A DNA stretch of 64,000 nucleotides from Actinomycetota bacterium (GCA_040004125.1 JBDUBL010000001.1:3850-67849), one strand, 5' to 3'. Positions 52,643 to 63,056 are shown, counted from the first letter of the stretch. Made by a program: numbers and translations. The notes: generated by a model not told the origin, from the letters alone.

Positions 52643-53722
52643 TCAGGTCCGGGGGGTCTGCTTCTGTGGATCGAGGATCGACAGGGGCGCCACCGTTGCC
52701 ACCGCGCCGCCGACCTCGACCTTAGTCCCGTCGGTCGCGACCGCAGCGTCCAAGATGGCGAGCCCGATCGAGCCCACGCGCGGGCTCTCCGCGGGCGAGG
52801 TGACCACCCCGACCTCGGCGCCGTCCTTGGACACGACGGTTCCAGCCTCGGGCGCCGCGCCCTCGAATCGCAGGGTCTTGAACCGCTTCGGCGGGTTGGT
52901 GCCATAGGCGGCCAGGGCCTCTGCGCCCACGCACTCCGTGTCGGTCTTGATGAAGCGATCCATCGACAGGTCCCAGGGCGAGCGCTCGCCCGGGTCGTAG
53001 TCCATCGCGATGATGATCAAACCGACCTCGATGCGAGCCAAGTCGATCGCGGTCAACCCGAACGGGGTCGCGCCGGCGGCAAGAAGCGCGTCCCAGACCA
53101 CCTGTGCGTCAGCGGGGTCCAGCACGAGCTCATACCCGTGTTCGCCGCTGAACCCCGTACGCAAGACGTGCGCTGCGATACCGGCCACCGTCGTGGACTT
53201 CGGCCAGAACCGGAAGTATGAGAGATCGCCGAGATCACGCTCGGTCAGCGGCTGGAGCGTGGCCTGCGAGGTCGGCCCCTGCACGGCGATCATGGCGAGA
53301 TCCAGCGTCTTGTGCACGATCGAGGCGTCGAGGCCCTGCGCCGTCTCACGGAACCAGTCCTCGATCCCCGCGGAGTTGAGCGTGATCCAGAAGCGATCGT
53401 CGGCGAACTTGTACACGTTGCCCTCGTCGATCATCAGCCCGTCGGCGTTCACGAAGGCGCCGTAGCGCACCGAGCCCTCCGCCATACCCGCGAGGGTGTT
53501 CGTGAAGCGGCGCTGGATCAGTCCGGCGGCATCGGGGCCGGTCACCTCGTATTTGCAGGTCGAGAACAGATCCCAGATGCCCGTCGCGGTGCGCAGCGCC
53601 TCGTACTCGGCCATCGGGTCGCCGCCCTCGTGCATGTTCCAAGGGAACCCGTCTTCCCAGACGATGTCGGCGCCGTGGGCAACATGCCAGTCGTGCAGCG
53701 GCGAGCGTGCGTCCTCGGTCAT
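52643..53722 (-). CDS. aminomethyltransferase (GcvT) family folate-binding protein
   Basis: GcvT fold motifs. Start at the internal ATG (MTEDARSP) with GGAAGGAG 7 nt upstream. Confidence 0.75.
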   Translation of the reverse strand: MTEDARSPLHDWHVAHGADIVWEDGFPWNMHEGGDPMAEYEALRTATGIWDLFSTCKYEVTGPDAAGLIQRRFTNTLAGMAEGSVRYGAFVNADGLMIDEGNVYKFADDRFWITLNSAGIEDWFRETAQGLDASIVHKTLDLAMIAVQGPTSQATLQPLTERDLGDLSYFRFWPKSTTVAGIAAHVLRTGFSGEHGYELVLDPADAQVVWDALLAAGATPFGLTAIDLARIEVGLIIIAMDYDPGERSPWDLSMDRFIKTDTECVGAEALAAYGTNPPKRFKTLRFEGAAPEAGTVVSKDGAEVGVVTSPAESPRVGSIGLAILDAAVATDGTKVEVGGAVATVAPLSILDPQKQTPRT

Positions 53723-53839
53723 GGATCGCTCCTTCCTGCCGCTGCCTCGGTAGCGCGGCACCGTTCGTTCGGATCGTCGATGGATCGGCCCCCCGAAGGT
53801 ACCGGGGATCGGGCGCGCTGTGGTAACCGGCCCGCGCCG

Positions 53840-54481
53840 TCACGACGGGAACGACAGGCGCGCGAGGTCGCGAGCGGTCGGCGGGGCTCGGCCCGGAAGC
53901 TTGCCCACGAGGACCAGGAACAGCTGCGCGGTGACGAGGGCGTCGTCCAGGGCGTTGTGCGGGTCCGCGACCGGTATACCGTAGCGTTTGGCGGTCGCAC
54001 CGAGGGCGTACCCGCGCTCCCGCCGTGCCGCAGGGGGTGCGCGGTCCACGGCGATCGCGAGGTCGCGGACGTCGATCACGCGCCGCCCCCACCAGCGCTC
54101 GCTGCCGCCATAGAGCCCCCGAAGGAACGCAACCTCGACCTGCGCGAACCACGCCAGCACGAAGCGTCCCGCCAGCGCGGCCCGAAGATCCAGCGCGGCG
54201 GTCGCGCGGTCGGGGGCATCGACGAGGTCGACGGGCCGCAACAGGTGCACGGTTTGGGAGCGTCGCGACGGTTGCGTCGGCGGGCGCACCAGTTGGTGGC
54301 GCGCGGCGCCGACGAATACGCGGGCGTGTTCGATCGGCACGACGCCGTAGGACACGATGTGGTCGGTCGCGTAATCCAGACCGGTCGTCTCGAAGTCCAG
54401 TGCGACGTAGCGGGCATCGCGCCATGCCGCGCCGCGCGCCACACGCGGGCCTGGCGGCTTGCGTCCGCCTACGGCGAACAT
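53840..54481 (-). CDS. DEDDh 3'-5' exonuclease (DnaQ/epsilon-like)
   Basis: Exo I VALDFETTGL, Exo II, and Exo III HNALDDA motifs. Confidence 0.75.
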   Translation of the reverse strand: MFAVGGRKPPGPRVARGAAWRDARYVALDFETTGLDYATDHIVSYGVVPIEHARVFVGAARHQLVRPPTQPSRRSQTVHLLRPVDLVDAPDRATAALDLRAALAGRFVLAWFAQVEVAFLRGLYGGSERWWGRRVIDVRDLAIAVDRAPPAARRERGYALGATAKRYGIPVADPHNALDDALVTAQLFLVLVGKLPGRAPPTARDLARLSFPS

Positions 54482-55053
54482 CGCACGATCTCCTCCGGCG
54501 TCACGATGGCGTGCACGCGCAGGTCGAAATGCCCCGCAGGCAGGTCTTCGGCCAGGAGCTGCACGGGCGCGCCGATGCCGATGCGCCGAGCGTCCTCGCG
54601 CGTCCGCAGGAAGAAGCGGTCATAGAACCCGCCGCCATACCCCACGCGTCGCCCCGCGCGATCGAACGCGACCCCGGGCGTGACGATCACATCGATCGCC
54701 GCCGGTGGGATCGGAGCGCCGTCGGCCGGTTCCCGCGCCCCGAACGCCGTCGTGGTCGTCGGATCCCCCGGGCGGAAGGATCGAACCTGCAACTCGCCCT
54801 CGAGGATCCGCGGAAGGCCCACGAGGATCGAACGCTCGCATAGCCCCTCGATCAGCGGATCCATCGAAAGCTCGGAACCGAACGATGAAAACGCCATCAC
54901 CGTTCGGGCGTCGAGAACCTCGGCCAACGACAGGAACCGTTGCGCCGCGGCCGCCGACATCGCCTCGCGGGCCGCCGGGTCGATCGCGTCGCGGGCGGCC
55001 AGCACCCGCCGGCGCACCTCGCGCTTGGCCCGTTTCAGCTCGCCAGCGTTCAC
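54469..55053 (-). CDS. 5-formyltetrahydrofolate cyclo-ligase
   Basis: MTHFS family features (...VGYGGGFYDR...). Overlaps the exonuclease gene by 13 nt. Confidence 0.8.
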   Translation of the reverse strand: MNAGELKRAKREVRRRVLAARDAIDPAAREAMSAAAAQRFLSLAEVLDARTVMAFSSFGSELSMDPLIEGLCERSILVGLPRILEGELQVRSFRPGDPTTTTAFGAREPADGAPIPPAAIDVIVTPGVAFDRAGRRVGYGGGFYDRFFLRTREDARRIGIGAPVQLLAEDLPAGHFDLRVHAIVTPEEIVRCSP

Positions 55054-55931
55054 GAGCGAAGCGTATCGGCGATGAGTTCGAGCCGGTCGGCGGGGCCGGC
55101 CGCCAGCGGGATCATCCAGGTGGCCCCGACGGATGCGACCCGGTCGCGGAGCCGTCGCAGGTCCGCCACGGTGCCACGCCAGATGTCGAGCGATCCGCCG
55201 TTCGCGAGCCGGTCGCGCTCAAGAGTCTCCAGAGCCCGGGCATCCTCCCCGACCAGCGCGATCGCGGCCCAGGTGGCCGGCACCTCCGCCGGATCGCGGG
55301 CTGCCTCCGCCGCCCACGTGGCGAGCTCCCCCGCACGGGAGCAGAACGCATCGATGTCCATCCCCCAGCCGTTCCAGGCGTTCGCGGCCCGGGCCGCAAC
55401 CCGCACGACGCGTTCGGACGTGCCGCCGATCCAGACGTCGGCCGACCCCGCGGGGAGCAGGGGACCAGGCACCGGCCCGATCGCTTCACCGCCTGCCCAC
55501 GCCTCACCACGGAACAACGCCCGCAGGGCCAGCGAGGTTTCCTCCAACGCCACGGTCCGCTCGTCGGGCGGCGGGTACGGCAATCCGAGGACCGCGTGCT
55601 CGGCCTTGCCGAATCTGTCGCCGAGTCCGAGGCCGAGCACCCCGTTCCCGCCGGTGAGCTGCGCGAGCGACGCCGCCTCCTTCGCCAGGATCCCGAACGG
55701 GCGGAACCCCGGGCGGGTCACCAACACGCCAACGCCGAGGCCCGGGTTGGCAGCGGCCGCCGCCGACAGCAAGGTGAACGGTTCGATCGAGGGGCGGCGC
55801 GGGCCGCCGGGTGGGAACAGGTGGTCGTACACGAACACAGCGTCGAAGCCCGCCGCCGCCGCCCGGTTCGCCACGCGAAGCGGTGCACGAGGGTCGGACG
55901 TGAACGCCGCAAGGAACAGGCCGTACTTCAC
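55050..55931 (-). CDS. LLM-class (luciferase-like) flavin/F420-dependent oxidoreductase
   Basis: TIM-barrel LLM motifs (FDAVFVYDHL, GVLGLGLGDR). GTG start in a GTGA overlap with the ROK gene stop. Confidence 0.75.
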   Translation of the reverse strand: MKYGLFLAAFTSDPRAPLRVANRAAAAGFDAVFVYDHLFPPGGPRRPSIEPFTLLSAAAAANPGLGVGVLVTRPGFRPFGILAKEAASLAQLTGGNGVLGLGLGDRFGKAEHAVLGLPYPPPDERTVALEETSLALRALFRGEAWAGGEAIGPVPGPLLPAGSADVWIGGTSERVVRVAARAANAWNGWGMDIDAFCSRAGELATWAAEAARDPAEVPATWAAIALVGEDARALETLERDRLANGGSLDIWRGTVADLRRLRDRVASVGATWMIPLAAGPADRLELIADTLRS

Positions 55932-56830
55932 GCCGCGACCTCCAAGGCCCACAGTCCCGCGCCGATCGCCGCACCGTCGGCACCCAGACCCGCCGCCACG
56001 AGCGGCACGTCCGGTCGATGCCCGACACCCTCGACCGCCCGTCGGCACGCGATGCGAGCGGGGTCCAACAACAGGTCGCCCGCGCCGGCGGCGGCGCCAC
56101 CACCCACGATGACGAGCTCGGGGTCGAGCACGTTGATGAGCCCGGCGACGCCTTCCCCGAGTCGCCCGCCGACGTCTTGGAGGATCGCGCGTGCGGTCGC
56201 GTCCCCCGCCCGCGCGGCCGCCACCACCGCGCGCCCGTCGGCCTTCGGATCCAGTCGCTCCCGGCCGAGCCGCGACAGCGCCGAGCCGCTGGCGACGGTC
56301 TCCCAACATCCCTGATTCCCGCAACCGCAGAGCACGCCGCCCGGTTCGACCACGATGTGGCCGACCTCAGCGGCGAAACCGTTGGCGCCTCGCAGCACCC
56401 GGCCGCCGCTCACGATCCCCCCGCCGATCCCGGTCCCGACCCCGACGTAGAGCAGGTCGTCGATGCTGCGACCGGCGCCCACGAGGTGCTCACCGAGCGC
56501 GGCGACCGTGCAATCGTTGTCGGCGACAACCGGCACGCCGAGCACACCCAGCACACGTCCCAGGTCAACCTCGCGCCACGAGATGTTGGGCGCGTAGCGC
56601 ACACGCCCGGTGCCCGCCTCGACCAGCCCGGCGGCGCCGACGCCGATGGCCGCAACGTCCGGGCCCATGACAGAACGAGCGACGTCGACCATCGATGCGA
56701 GCAGCGCCGGAACGTCGTCGGCGGGTGTCTGGACGGCGGCGCGCGCCTGCACCACGCCGTCTCGGCCGACACGCACCGCGGCCGCCTTGGTCCCCCCGAC
56801 ATCCACCCCGATCGCGTGGACTGCGGTCAT
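55928..56830 (-). CDS. ROK family sugar kinase (glucokinase-like)
   Basis: GVDVGGTK, GVGTGIGGG and the CGCGNQGCWE zinc motif. Confidence 0.8.
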   Translation of the reverse strand: MTAVHAIGVDVGGTKAAAVRVGRDGVVQARAAVQTPADDVPALLASMVDVARSVMGPDVAAIGVGAAGLVEAGTGRVRYAPNISWREVDLGRVLGVLGVPVVADNDCTVAALGEHLVGAGRSIDDLLYVGVGTGIGGGIVSGGRVLRGANGFAAEVGHIVVEPGGVLCGCGNQGCWETVASGSALSRLGRERLDPKADGRAVVAAARAGDATARAILQDVGGRLGEGVAGLINVLDPELVIVGGGAAAGAGDLLLDPARIACRRAVEGVGHRPDVPLVAAGLGADGAAIGAGLWALEVAA

Positions 56831-57093
56831 CCGATATCGATCTTCTCCAGTCGAACGGGCTCAGCCGCGGGCTGGGTCAGATCGTCCGCCCGCGTTTCGA
56901 TCACGGCGCGGAACGCGAGGAACAGCTCGGTCCCCGCCTTGAGCAGATGCCCGACGACATCCGGCGAGATCGGCTGCACCGCCGATGCGGCCAGGCAGAA
57001 CGGACACCAGGCGACGGGACAGCTCGCGGCGGCGTGCTCCGGGCCATCGGGTGCGGACGTTGCCTCGGCGTTCGGCTCCTGCACGAACATCGG
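56827..57093 (-). CDS. small (~87 aa) Cys-containing protein downstream of the ArsA-like ATPase
   Basis: Internal ATG (MFVQEPNAEA...SCPVAWCPFC...) 2 nt after the ArsA-like stop. The ORF N-terminus is run-on. Confidence 0.4.
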   Translation of the reverse strand, partial: PMFVQEPNAEATSAPDGPEHAAASCPVAWCPFCLAASAVQPISPDVVGHLLKAGTELFLAFRAVIETRADDLTQPAAEPVRLEKIDIG

Positions 57094-57094
57094 A

Positions 57095-58306
57095 TCATCT
57101 CCCCTTCTGTTTCTTCGTCGGTGGCGCCTCGTCGAGCGGGCGCTCGAACACGATCTCCAGACGGTCTTGGACGAGATTCGCCCCACGAACCGTCATGCGC
57201 TTCAGGGTCTGTGGCAACAACATGTTCCGTTTGTACGGGCCGACGCGCACCACGAGCTCGTCGCCACGCCGATGCACGTCCAGGTCGCCGCCGGTCACGA
57301 ACGGCAAGCGCATCCGTAGCACGTAGCCATCGCCATCGCCGCGTTTCTGTACCTGGATCGGATCATCGAGATACAGCACCGAGGTGGCGTCGCGCTCGGC
57401 GTACACCTCACCGGCCATCTCCTCCAGCAGTCCAACGCCGACCATCTCACGGTCGAACAGCCGAGCCTCCAGGATCGGGACCGGTTCGAAGGATTCGTGC
57501 ACGGTGGCCAGATGTTCTGCCTGAATGTCCTTCCACTTCCCGAAGTACGGATCCGTGACATCGGTCGGCAGGATGCGGTTGACGATCACGGCGTCGACGC
57601 GATAGCCGAACAACCCGAGGTAGGTGTACGTGCGACGCGCCTCGGCAATCACCATCTTCTCGGGGTTCACGACCAATCGGACCGACGACATCGCCGCATC
57701 GGCCAGGATGTGGCGAACAGCCTCCAGGTTGTGGTGCAGCCGCTCGACCGCTTCGAACACCTTGTCACCGGCGATCGGAAGACTGGTCGTGCGCGACACG
57801 AGCGGGCGCACGACCTTCACGACCCGGCGCTGGACCGGGAAGATCCGCTCGATGTACCAGTTCATGATGTCGGGCAAGCTCAGGAGCCGGAGCGTCTCGG
57901 CGGTTGGGGCGCAATCGACGATCAACACGTCATAGGCACCGGATTCGACGTGGGACTTCACGTCGATCAGGGCGAAGATCTCGTCGATCCCGGGGATCAC
58001 GGTGAGCTCCTCGGCCTGCAGCGTCTCCGTACCGGCCCAATTCATGACCTGCACCATGTAGTCCTGGATCTCCCGCCAGTTGTCCTCGAGACGCTCCTGC
58101 GCGTCGACCTGCTGGGCCCAGAGGTTGGGCACGATCTCCGTCGGATCGTTGCCGATGATGACCTCGAAGGCGTCGGCGAGGGAGTGCGCGGGATCGGTGC
58201 TCATGATGAGCGTGCGCTGGCCCGCGGCGGCCGCACGTACCGCGGTCGAGGCCGCGATCGTCGTCTTTCCGACGCCTCCCTTGCCCGTGAACAGGATGAC
58301 TCGCAT
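57095..58306 (-). CDS. ArsA/GET3-family P-loop ATPase
   Basis: MRVILFTGKGGVGKTTIAASTA and STDPAHSLADAF signatures. Confidence 0.85.
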   Translation of the reverse strand: MRVILFTGKGGVGKTTIAASTAVRAAAAGQRTLIMSTDPAHSLADAFEVIIGNDPTEIVPNLWAQQVDAQERLEDNWREIQDYMVQVMNWAGTETLQAEELTVIPGIDEIFALIDVKSHVESGAYDVLIVDCAPTAETLRLLSLPDIMNWYIERIFPVQRRVVKVVRPLVSRTTSLPIAGDKVFEAVERLHHNLEAVRHILADAAMSSVRLVVNPEKMVIAEARRTYTYLGLFGYRVDAVIVNRILPTDVTDPYFGKWKDIQAEHLATVHESFEPVPILEARLFDREMVGVGLLEEMAGEVYAERDATSVLYLDDPIQVQKRGDGDGYVLRMRLPFVTGGDLDVHRRGDELVVRVGPYKRNMLLPQTLKRMTVRGANLVQDRLEIVFERPLDEAPPTKKQKGR

Positions 58307-58350
58307 CGGTCCAGCTTAGTCCGCTGCGCCGGAACCGGACCGAGCTTTGC

Positions 58351-58791
58351 TCAGCCCATCTCGACGCGGCGCTTGAGACGCTCGAGCGCGTTCTCGATCA
58401 CGCGTTTGGCACCCTCGGTCCGCAGGAACCCCGGCACCAGCGGGCCGAGCTCGACCGCGAGCCGGTACGTCACGTTGGTGGCATCGGGCTCGACGTCATC
58501 GAGCAGGTACTCTCCGCGGATCTCGCGCACGGCGCCGTGGGCCTCGATCGATTCCCACGAGATGGCGGTGCCGCCGGGAGCGTAGCGGTACCGCAGCGTG
58601 TAGGAGGCCTTGCCGAGCACGGGGACATCAACCTCGAACGCCACCTCGGTGCCGCGACCGCCCTCGCCACGCTGCCGCACATCGACGCGACGAACCTCGG
58701 CCCACTCCGGGTAGGCCTCGTAATCCTCAATCACGTCGACGACGTCATCGAGTGGGGCCTCGATCGTGATAGACCCCTCCGCGTGCTCCAT
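58351..58791 (-). CDS. SRPBCC (polyketide cyclase/dehydrase-like) family protein
   Basis: Bet v1-like length and pattern (YPEWA...). Confidence 0.65.
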   Translation of the reverse strand: MEHAEGSITIEAPLDDVVDVIEDYEAYPEWAEVRRVDVRQRGEGGRGTEVAFEVDVPVLGKASYTLRYRYAPGGTAISWESIEAHGAVREIRGEYLLDDVEPDATNVTYRLAVELGPLVPGFLRTEGAKRVIENALERLKRRVEMG

Positions 58792-58802
58792 ACGCGCGGA
58801 TA

Positions 58803-59468
58803 CTACCGTCGAGCGCTGGTCGCGACGGACACGGCGATCATCCCGACGATGAGGAACATCACGCCGACCGACGCCCAGAGGAGGTACTTCGAATCGACGA
58901 TGAGCCGTCCCCGTGAGGCCAGCTCTTTGATCTCGAGCGCCGACAGCACATACACGCCGACCGCCAGACCGAACGACAGCAGGATCGCAAGCAGTAACGG
59001 GCCGGAATGCAGACCGGCGATCAGCAAGAACAGAGCGACCCCGAGCGAGAGCGCGAACAGCACTCCCCGAGCGAACCCGTCGATCTGATAGCCGAGCATC
59101 GCGTGCCCCGCTCCCGGAAACAGCAAGGAACGCGTCAGCGCCGCATGTGGATCCACGTCGCGGCGAGTCACACCGCGCATGATCGTTGCGAACGGCGTGC
59201 CGCAGCTCTCACAGACCTCGAGGAAGATCGGGTTGCGCGCGCCGCACACAGGGCACGGCCAGAACGGGTCCTCCTTGGCTTCCACCGCGGGGCCAGCGTC
59301 CTCGTCGGCCACCTCGGTCACGGGCGATCGAGCGACTGCCGGAGGCGGCGCGGGTGCCGGAGGCGGCGCCGGCGGTTGGCGGAGATCGGCGAAACACTGC
59401 CCACACCATTCCGCGTCGACACTCACGAGGGCATCGCAGTTGGGGCATCGCCGTTCGTTTTGGCTCAC
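58803..59468 (-). CDS. double zinc-ribbon membrane protein
   Basis: CPNCD...CGQC and CPVCG...CESCG ribbons, a PAPPPAPAPPP linker, then 3-4 TM helices. GTG start chosen downstream of the GT4 stop. The ORF N-terminus overlaps GT4. Confidence 0.5.
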   Translation of the reverse strand: MSQNERRCPNCDALVSVDAEWCGQCFADLRQPPAPPPAPAPPPAVARSPVTEVADEDAGPAVEAKEDPFWPCPVCGARNPIFLEVCESCGTPFATIMRGVTRRDVDPHAALTRSLLFPGAGHAMLGYQIDGFARGVLFALSLGVALFLLIAGLHSGPLLLAILLSFGLAVGVYVLSALEIKELASRGRLIVDSKYLLWASVGVMFLIVGMIAVSVATSARR

Positions 59469-59532
59469 AACCGGCAGGGTACCCCCCGTTTTGGCCCGGG
59501 GGAACGAAGCGCCGCCGACCGCCCGCCGTTGC

Positions 59533-60669
59533 TCACCGCGGCGCGGCGTCGTGGAGCCACGTCGCGAGCCTTGCCGCGATGTCTGGCCATGTGTGTGCGT
59601 CAAGCACCCGCTGCCTGCCGGCGAGCCCCATCGCTCGCGCTCGGGCCGGATCTGCCAGCAGGTCCCCCACCGCTTCTGCCACGGCTTGCGTTCGGCGACC
59701 GTCCACCAGGATCCCGGTCTCGCCGTCCACGAGGGACTCGCGGGCACCGCCGGAGTCGCCGACCACGACCGGCTTCGCGCAGGCGGCGGCCTCGATGAAC
59801 ACGTTGCCCCACCCCTCGACCTCGAGACCGCCGAGACGGGTGCGGCACGGCATCGCGAACACATCGCCGGCCGCGTAGTACCGCGGCAGGTCCTCCTCCT
59901 TCACCTGGCCCGAGAAGGCGATGACGTCAGCCGGAAGCTCGCCGGCCATCGATCGCAAGCGCTCCTCATCGGGGCCGCCACCGACGATCAATAAGCACGC
60001 ACCGGGGACCCGCGAACGGATCGCCGGCATCGCGCGGATCAGCGTGTCTTGGCCTTTGCGAGCCACGAGCCGGCTCACGCACACCACAAGCGGACGATCG
60101 CCGATACGCAGGCGTTCCCGGATGTCCTGGGTCTGCAGGTCGGGACGGAACCGCTGCACGTCGGCTCCCGGATACAGCACCGACACCGGGACCGAGCCCT
60201 TCACCGCGGTGCGCACCGTTCGCGCGATGAAAGCCGAACACAGCACAGGCACTCGGGCGGCCCGCGAAGTTGCGTGACGCAGCAACGCGTGCGTTCCCGG
60301 TGCGATCGACAACCAGTACTCGAATCCGTGGGCCGCGCTGAGGTACGGCAACCCGCGCGCGGCTAGACGAGGCCCCAGCAGCGCGAGCGGGTACGTGGCC
60401 CCGAAGAGCACCACCTCGGCATCCATCGCCCGCGCCGCTGCCTCAATCCGATCCCTCACCGCCGGCGTGGGCCACAGGAACCGCTCGGGCTGACGCAACA
60501 TCCGGAACGGCGCGACCGCGTCGTAGGCCTCGGCTTCGTCCCAGTCCGGGCAGAAGACCCCGACACGATCGGCCGGCAGCTCCTTCACCAACGCTTCCAG
60601 GGTGCGCTGGATCCCTCCGACGCGGGGTGGGAAGTCATTCGTGACCAGCAATGTGCGGGGAACGTCCAC
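59533..60669 (-). CDS. GT4-family glycosyltransferase
   Basis: GT-B fold: N-terminal LLVTNDFPPRVGGIQ and C-terminal EGWGNVFIEAAACAKPVV (E-x7-E). Confidence 0.8.
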   Translation of the reverse strand: MDVPRTLLVTNDFPPRVGGIQRTLEALVKELPADRVGVFCPDWDEAEAYDAVAPFRMLRQPERFLWPTPAVRDRIEAAARAMDAEVVLFGATYPLALLGPRLAARGLPYLSAAHGFEYWLSIAPGTHALLRHATSRAARVPVLCSAFIARTVRTAVKGSVPVSVLYPGADVQRFRPDLQTQDIRERLRIGDRPLVVCVSRLVARKGQDTLIRAMPAIRSRVPGACLLIVGGGPDEERLRSMAGELPADVIAFSGQVKEEDLPRYYAAGDVFAMPCRTRLGGLEVEGWGNVFIEAAACAKPVVVGDSGGARESLVDGETGILVDGRRTQAVAEAVGDLLADPARARAMGLAGRQRVLDAHTWPDIAARLATWLHDAAPR

Positions 60670-60695
60670 GGTGCCGATAATGGCCCACGAGGGGG

Positions 60696-61580
60696 ATGTC
60701 CGACCACGCTGCCTTCGCGCACGACCTCGCCGCGCTGCTCCAGGGGCGCGGGTTCGTCGACCTGTCCGACTGGCGCAAGGTCCGACTCGACGGCGCGGAC
60801 GCCATCGGCTGGCTGCACGATCTTCTGACGGCCGATATCGCCGGGCTGTCGCCGGGCGCCTCGTGTCGATCGTTGTTGTTGACCCCCACCGGTCGGATCC
60901 GCGCCGACGTACAGGTGCTTCGACGCGACCACGATGTCGTGCTCGTGCAATCGCCCGATCAGCCCGAGCACGTCGGACTACTGCTGTCCCCGTACATCTT
61001 GTCCTCCGACGTGGTCCTCGAAGATGCCAGCGCGAGTCTCGATCTGCTCGCGATCCCCGGCGCGGGCGCCTCGGTCGTCGGGCTGCCGGGCACGATGCCG
61101 TCGGTTCTTGGACCCGGCGTCGATCTGCTCGCGGCCGCCGGGAAATCGGCTTGGCGTGCGGGCGACGCGCTTGTCAAGGCCGACCTGGTCGAGGTCAGTC
61201 ACGAGGCCGCCGACGCGTGGCGGATCCTCAACGGCATCCCCCGGATGGGCGCGGATTTCATGCAGGGATCGCTGCCTGCCGAAGCCGGCCTCGATGCGAC
61301 GATCGACAGCACGAAGGGATGCTTCCTCGGTCAGGAGTCCATCGCGAGGATCCGCAACCTTGGCCACCCGCCGCACGTGCTTCGCCACGTGCAAAGCGAT
61401 GTGCCGTTCGTCGCCGGTGCGCCGGTGCTCCTCGACGGTGCCGTGGTCGGTGAGGTGACGAGTTCTGCGCCCCTGCCGGATGCCTGCGTCGGTTTCGTCC
61501 GCGTGGTGTGGGCCGCGGCGACTCCCCGGTTGACCGACAGCCAAGGGCGTCCGCTGCAGGATGTCCCGGCCGTGGGCTAG
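60696..61580 (+). CDS. YgfZ/GcvT-like folate-binding protein
   Basis: GcvT-like fold with the KGCFLGQE motif characteristic of YgfZ. Confidence 0.7.
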   Translation: MSDHAAFAHDLAALLQGRGFVDLSDWRKVRLDGADAIGWLHDLLTADIAGLSPGASCRSLLLTPTGRIRADVQVLRRDHDVVLVQSPDQPEHVGLLLSPYILSSDVVLEDASASLDLLAIPGAGASVVGLPGTMPSVLGPGVDLLAAAGKSAWRAGDALVKADLVEVSHEAADAWRILNGIPRMGADFMQGSLPAEAGLDATIDSTKGCFLGQESIARIRNLGHPPHVLRHVQSDVPFVAGAPVLLDGAVVGEVTSSAPLPDACVGFVRVVWAAATPRLTDSQGRPLQDVPAVG

Positions 61581-61713
61581 TCCTTCCGTGTCATTTCCGC
61601 TCCCGGAGGCCGCCATCGGGCCATCACCTGCGCCGGACCCCTTCCGTTCCCGCCATGACTTCTGCTATGAAACGGTTCCCCGGTGATGCTGGGGGTGACA
61701 CGAGGGGGGATGT

Positions 61714-61992
61714 GTGAGGATCGAGCGGTTCCCGGACGTCGACCTGTCAGCCTTGCCGATACACCCCACACCCCCCGATTACTGGCAGGACCGCGCCGCC
61801 TGCTTCGGCGTCGAGCCCGACGTCTTCTTCCCGATCTCCGAGGAGGAGGCCGGCCCCGCGCTCGCGTTCTGCGGTTCGTGCCGGATCCGTGAGGAGTGCC
61901 TGTCGTGGGCCCTGAAGAACGGCGAGCGCTACGGCGTTTGGGGCGGTACGACCGAACAGCAGCGCCGTCGGCTCCAGCGTCACGTCGCGTGA
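61714..61992 (+). CDS. whiB: WhiB-family transcriptional regulator
   Basis: Four Cys (C-x-C...C-x2-C...C) and the GVWGG turn, followed by a basic tail. Confidence 0.85.
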   Translation: MRIERFPDVDLSALPIHPTPPDYWQDRAACFGVEPDVFFPISEEEAGPALAFCGSCRIREECLSWALKNGERYGVWGGTTEQQRRRLQRHVA

Positions 61993-62015
61993 GCGACACC
62001 CCCTAGACTGAGCAG

Positions 62016-63056
62016 ATGCCGCCCGATGGATCGATCGAGGTCGTCGCGCCGCTGCGCATCAGCTTCGTCGGGGGCGGCACGGATTTCCCACATTGGTACG
62101 AGGAGCACGGCGGCGCCGTCCTGTCGGCAACGATCGATCACGTCGTGCGTGTACGGATCACCCCGCGTGTCGATCGACTGGTCGAGGTGCGCTCGTTCGA
62201 TCTCGATCAGCTCGTCGCCTATCACCTCGACGAAGGTCCGGTGTATGACGGCGCGCTGGACCTCGTGAAGGCGGCGATCGCCGATGCGGGGACCGACGTC
62301 GGTATCTCGGTCGAGATCCGCAGCGAGGCGCCTCCCGGCAGCGGGCTCGGCGGTTCCTCAGCGCTCGTGACCGCGATCGTGGCCGGGCTCGCGATGCTGG
62401 CGGGCCGCGGCCTGGACGCCGACACCCTCGCCCGAACCGCCTATCGGATCGAGCGCGAGGACCTCGGCATCAGCGGCGGCTGGCAGGATCAGTACGCCGC
62501 CGCGTTCGGCGGCTGCAACCTGATCGAGTTCTCCGGCTCGAGCGTCCGCGTGCAGCCGGTGGCCGACCCGCCGCGGATGGCGACGCTCGCCGATGGCCTC
62601 CTGCTCTGCTACACCGGGCACGTTCGGCGAAACGTTGGGCTCATCGATCGTCAGATCGCCCTGCATCGAGAAGGGCGTGAGGAGACCGTGTTGGGTATGA
62701 AGCGGCTTCAGGCAATGGCCTACGCCATGCGCGACGTTGTCGAGCGCGTCGACCTGCCCGGGCTCGGTGCGATGCTGTGCGAGGCGTTCGCCGCGAAGAA
62801 ACAGATGAACCCCCACATCGCCGAGCACACGCCGATCGAAACGATGCTGGAGGCCGCGCAACGGGTCGGGGCGTACGGTGGAAAGGTCTGTGGCGCGGGA
62901 GGCGGCGGCTATCTCCTGGTCGCGGCGGCGCCAGCCAACCACGCGGCGATCCGCGCCGAACTCGTGGGGCTCGGCGGACAATTCGCCCGTTTCGCATTCA
63001 TCGACGACGGGGTGCACGCCTGGCAGGCCGAGCGAACGTGGACGCCCGATCGGTGA
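62016..63056 (+). CDS. hddA: GHMP kinase, D-glycero-alpha-D-manno-heptose 7-phosphate kinase-like (HddA)
   Basis: [14 protein letters not shown] and [16 protein letters not shown] motifs. Confidence 0.75.
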   Translation: MPPDGSIEVVAPLRISFVGGGTDFPHWYEEHGGAVLSATIDHVVRVRITPRVDRLVEVRSFDLDQLVAYHLDEGPVYDGALDLVKAAIADAGTDVGISVEIRSEAPPGSGLGGSSALVTAIVAGLAMLAGRGLDADTLARTAYRIEREDLGISGGWQDQYAAAFGGCNLIEFSGSSVRVQPVADPPRMATLADGLLLCYTGHVRRNVGLIDRQIALHREGREETVLGMKRLQAMAYAMRDVVERVDLPGLGAMLCEAFAAKKQMNPHIAEHTPIETMLEAAQRVGAYGGKVCGAGGGGYLLVAAAPANHAAIRAELVGLGGQFARFAFIDDGVHAWQAERTWTPDR

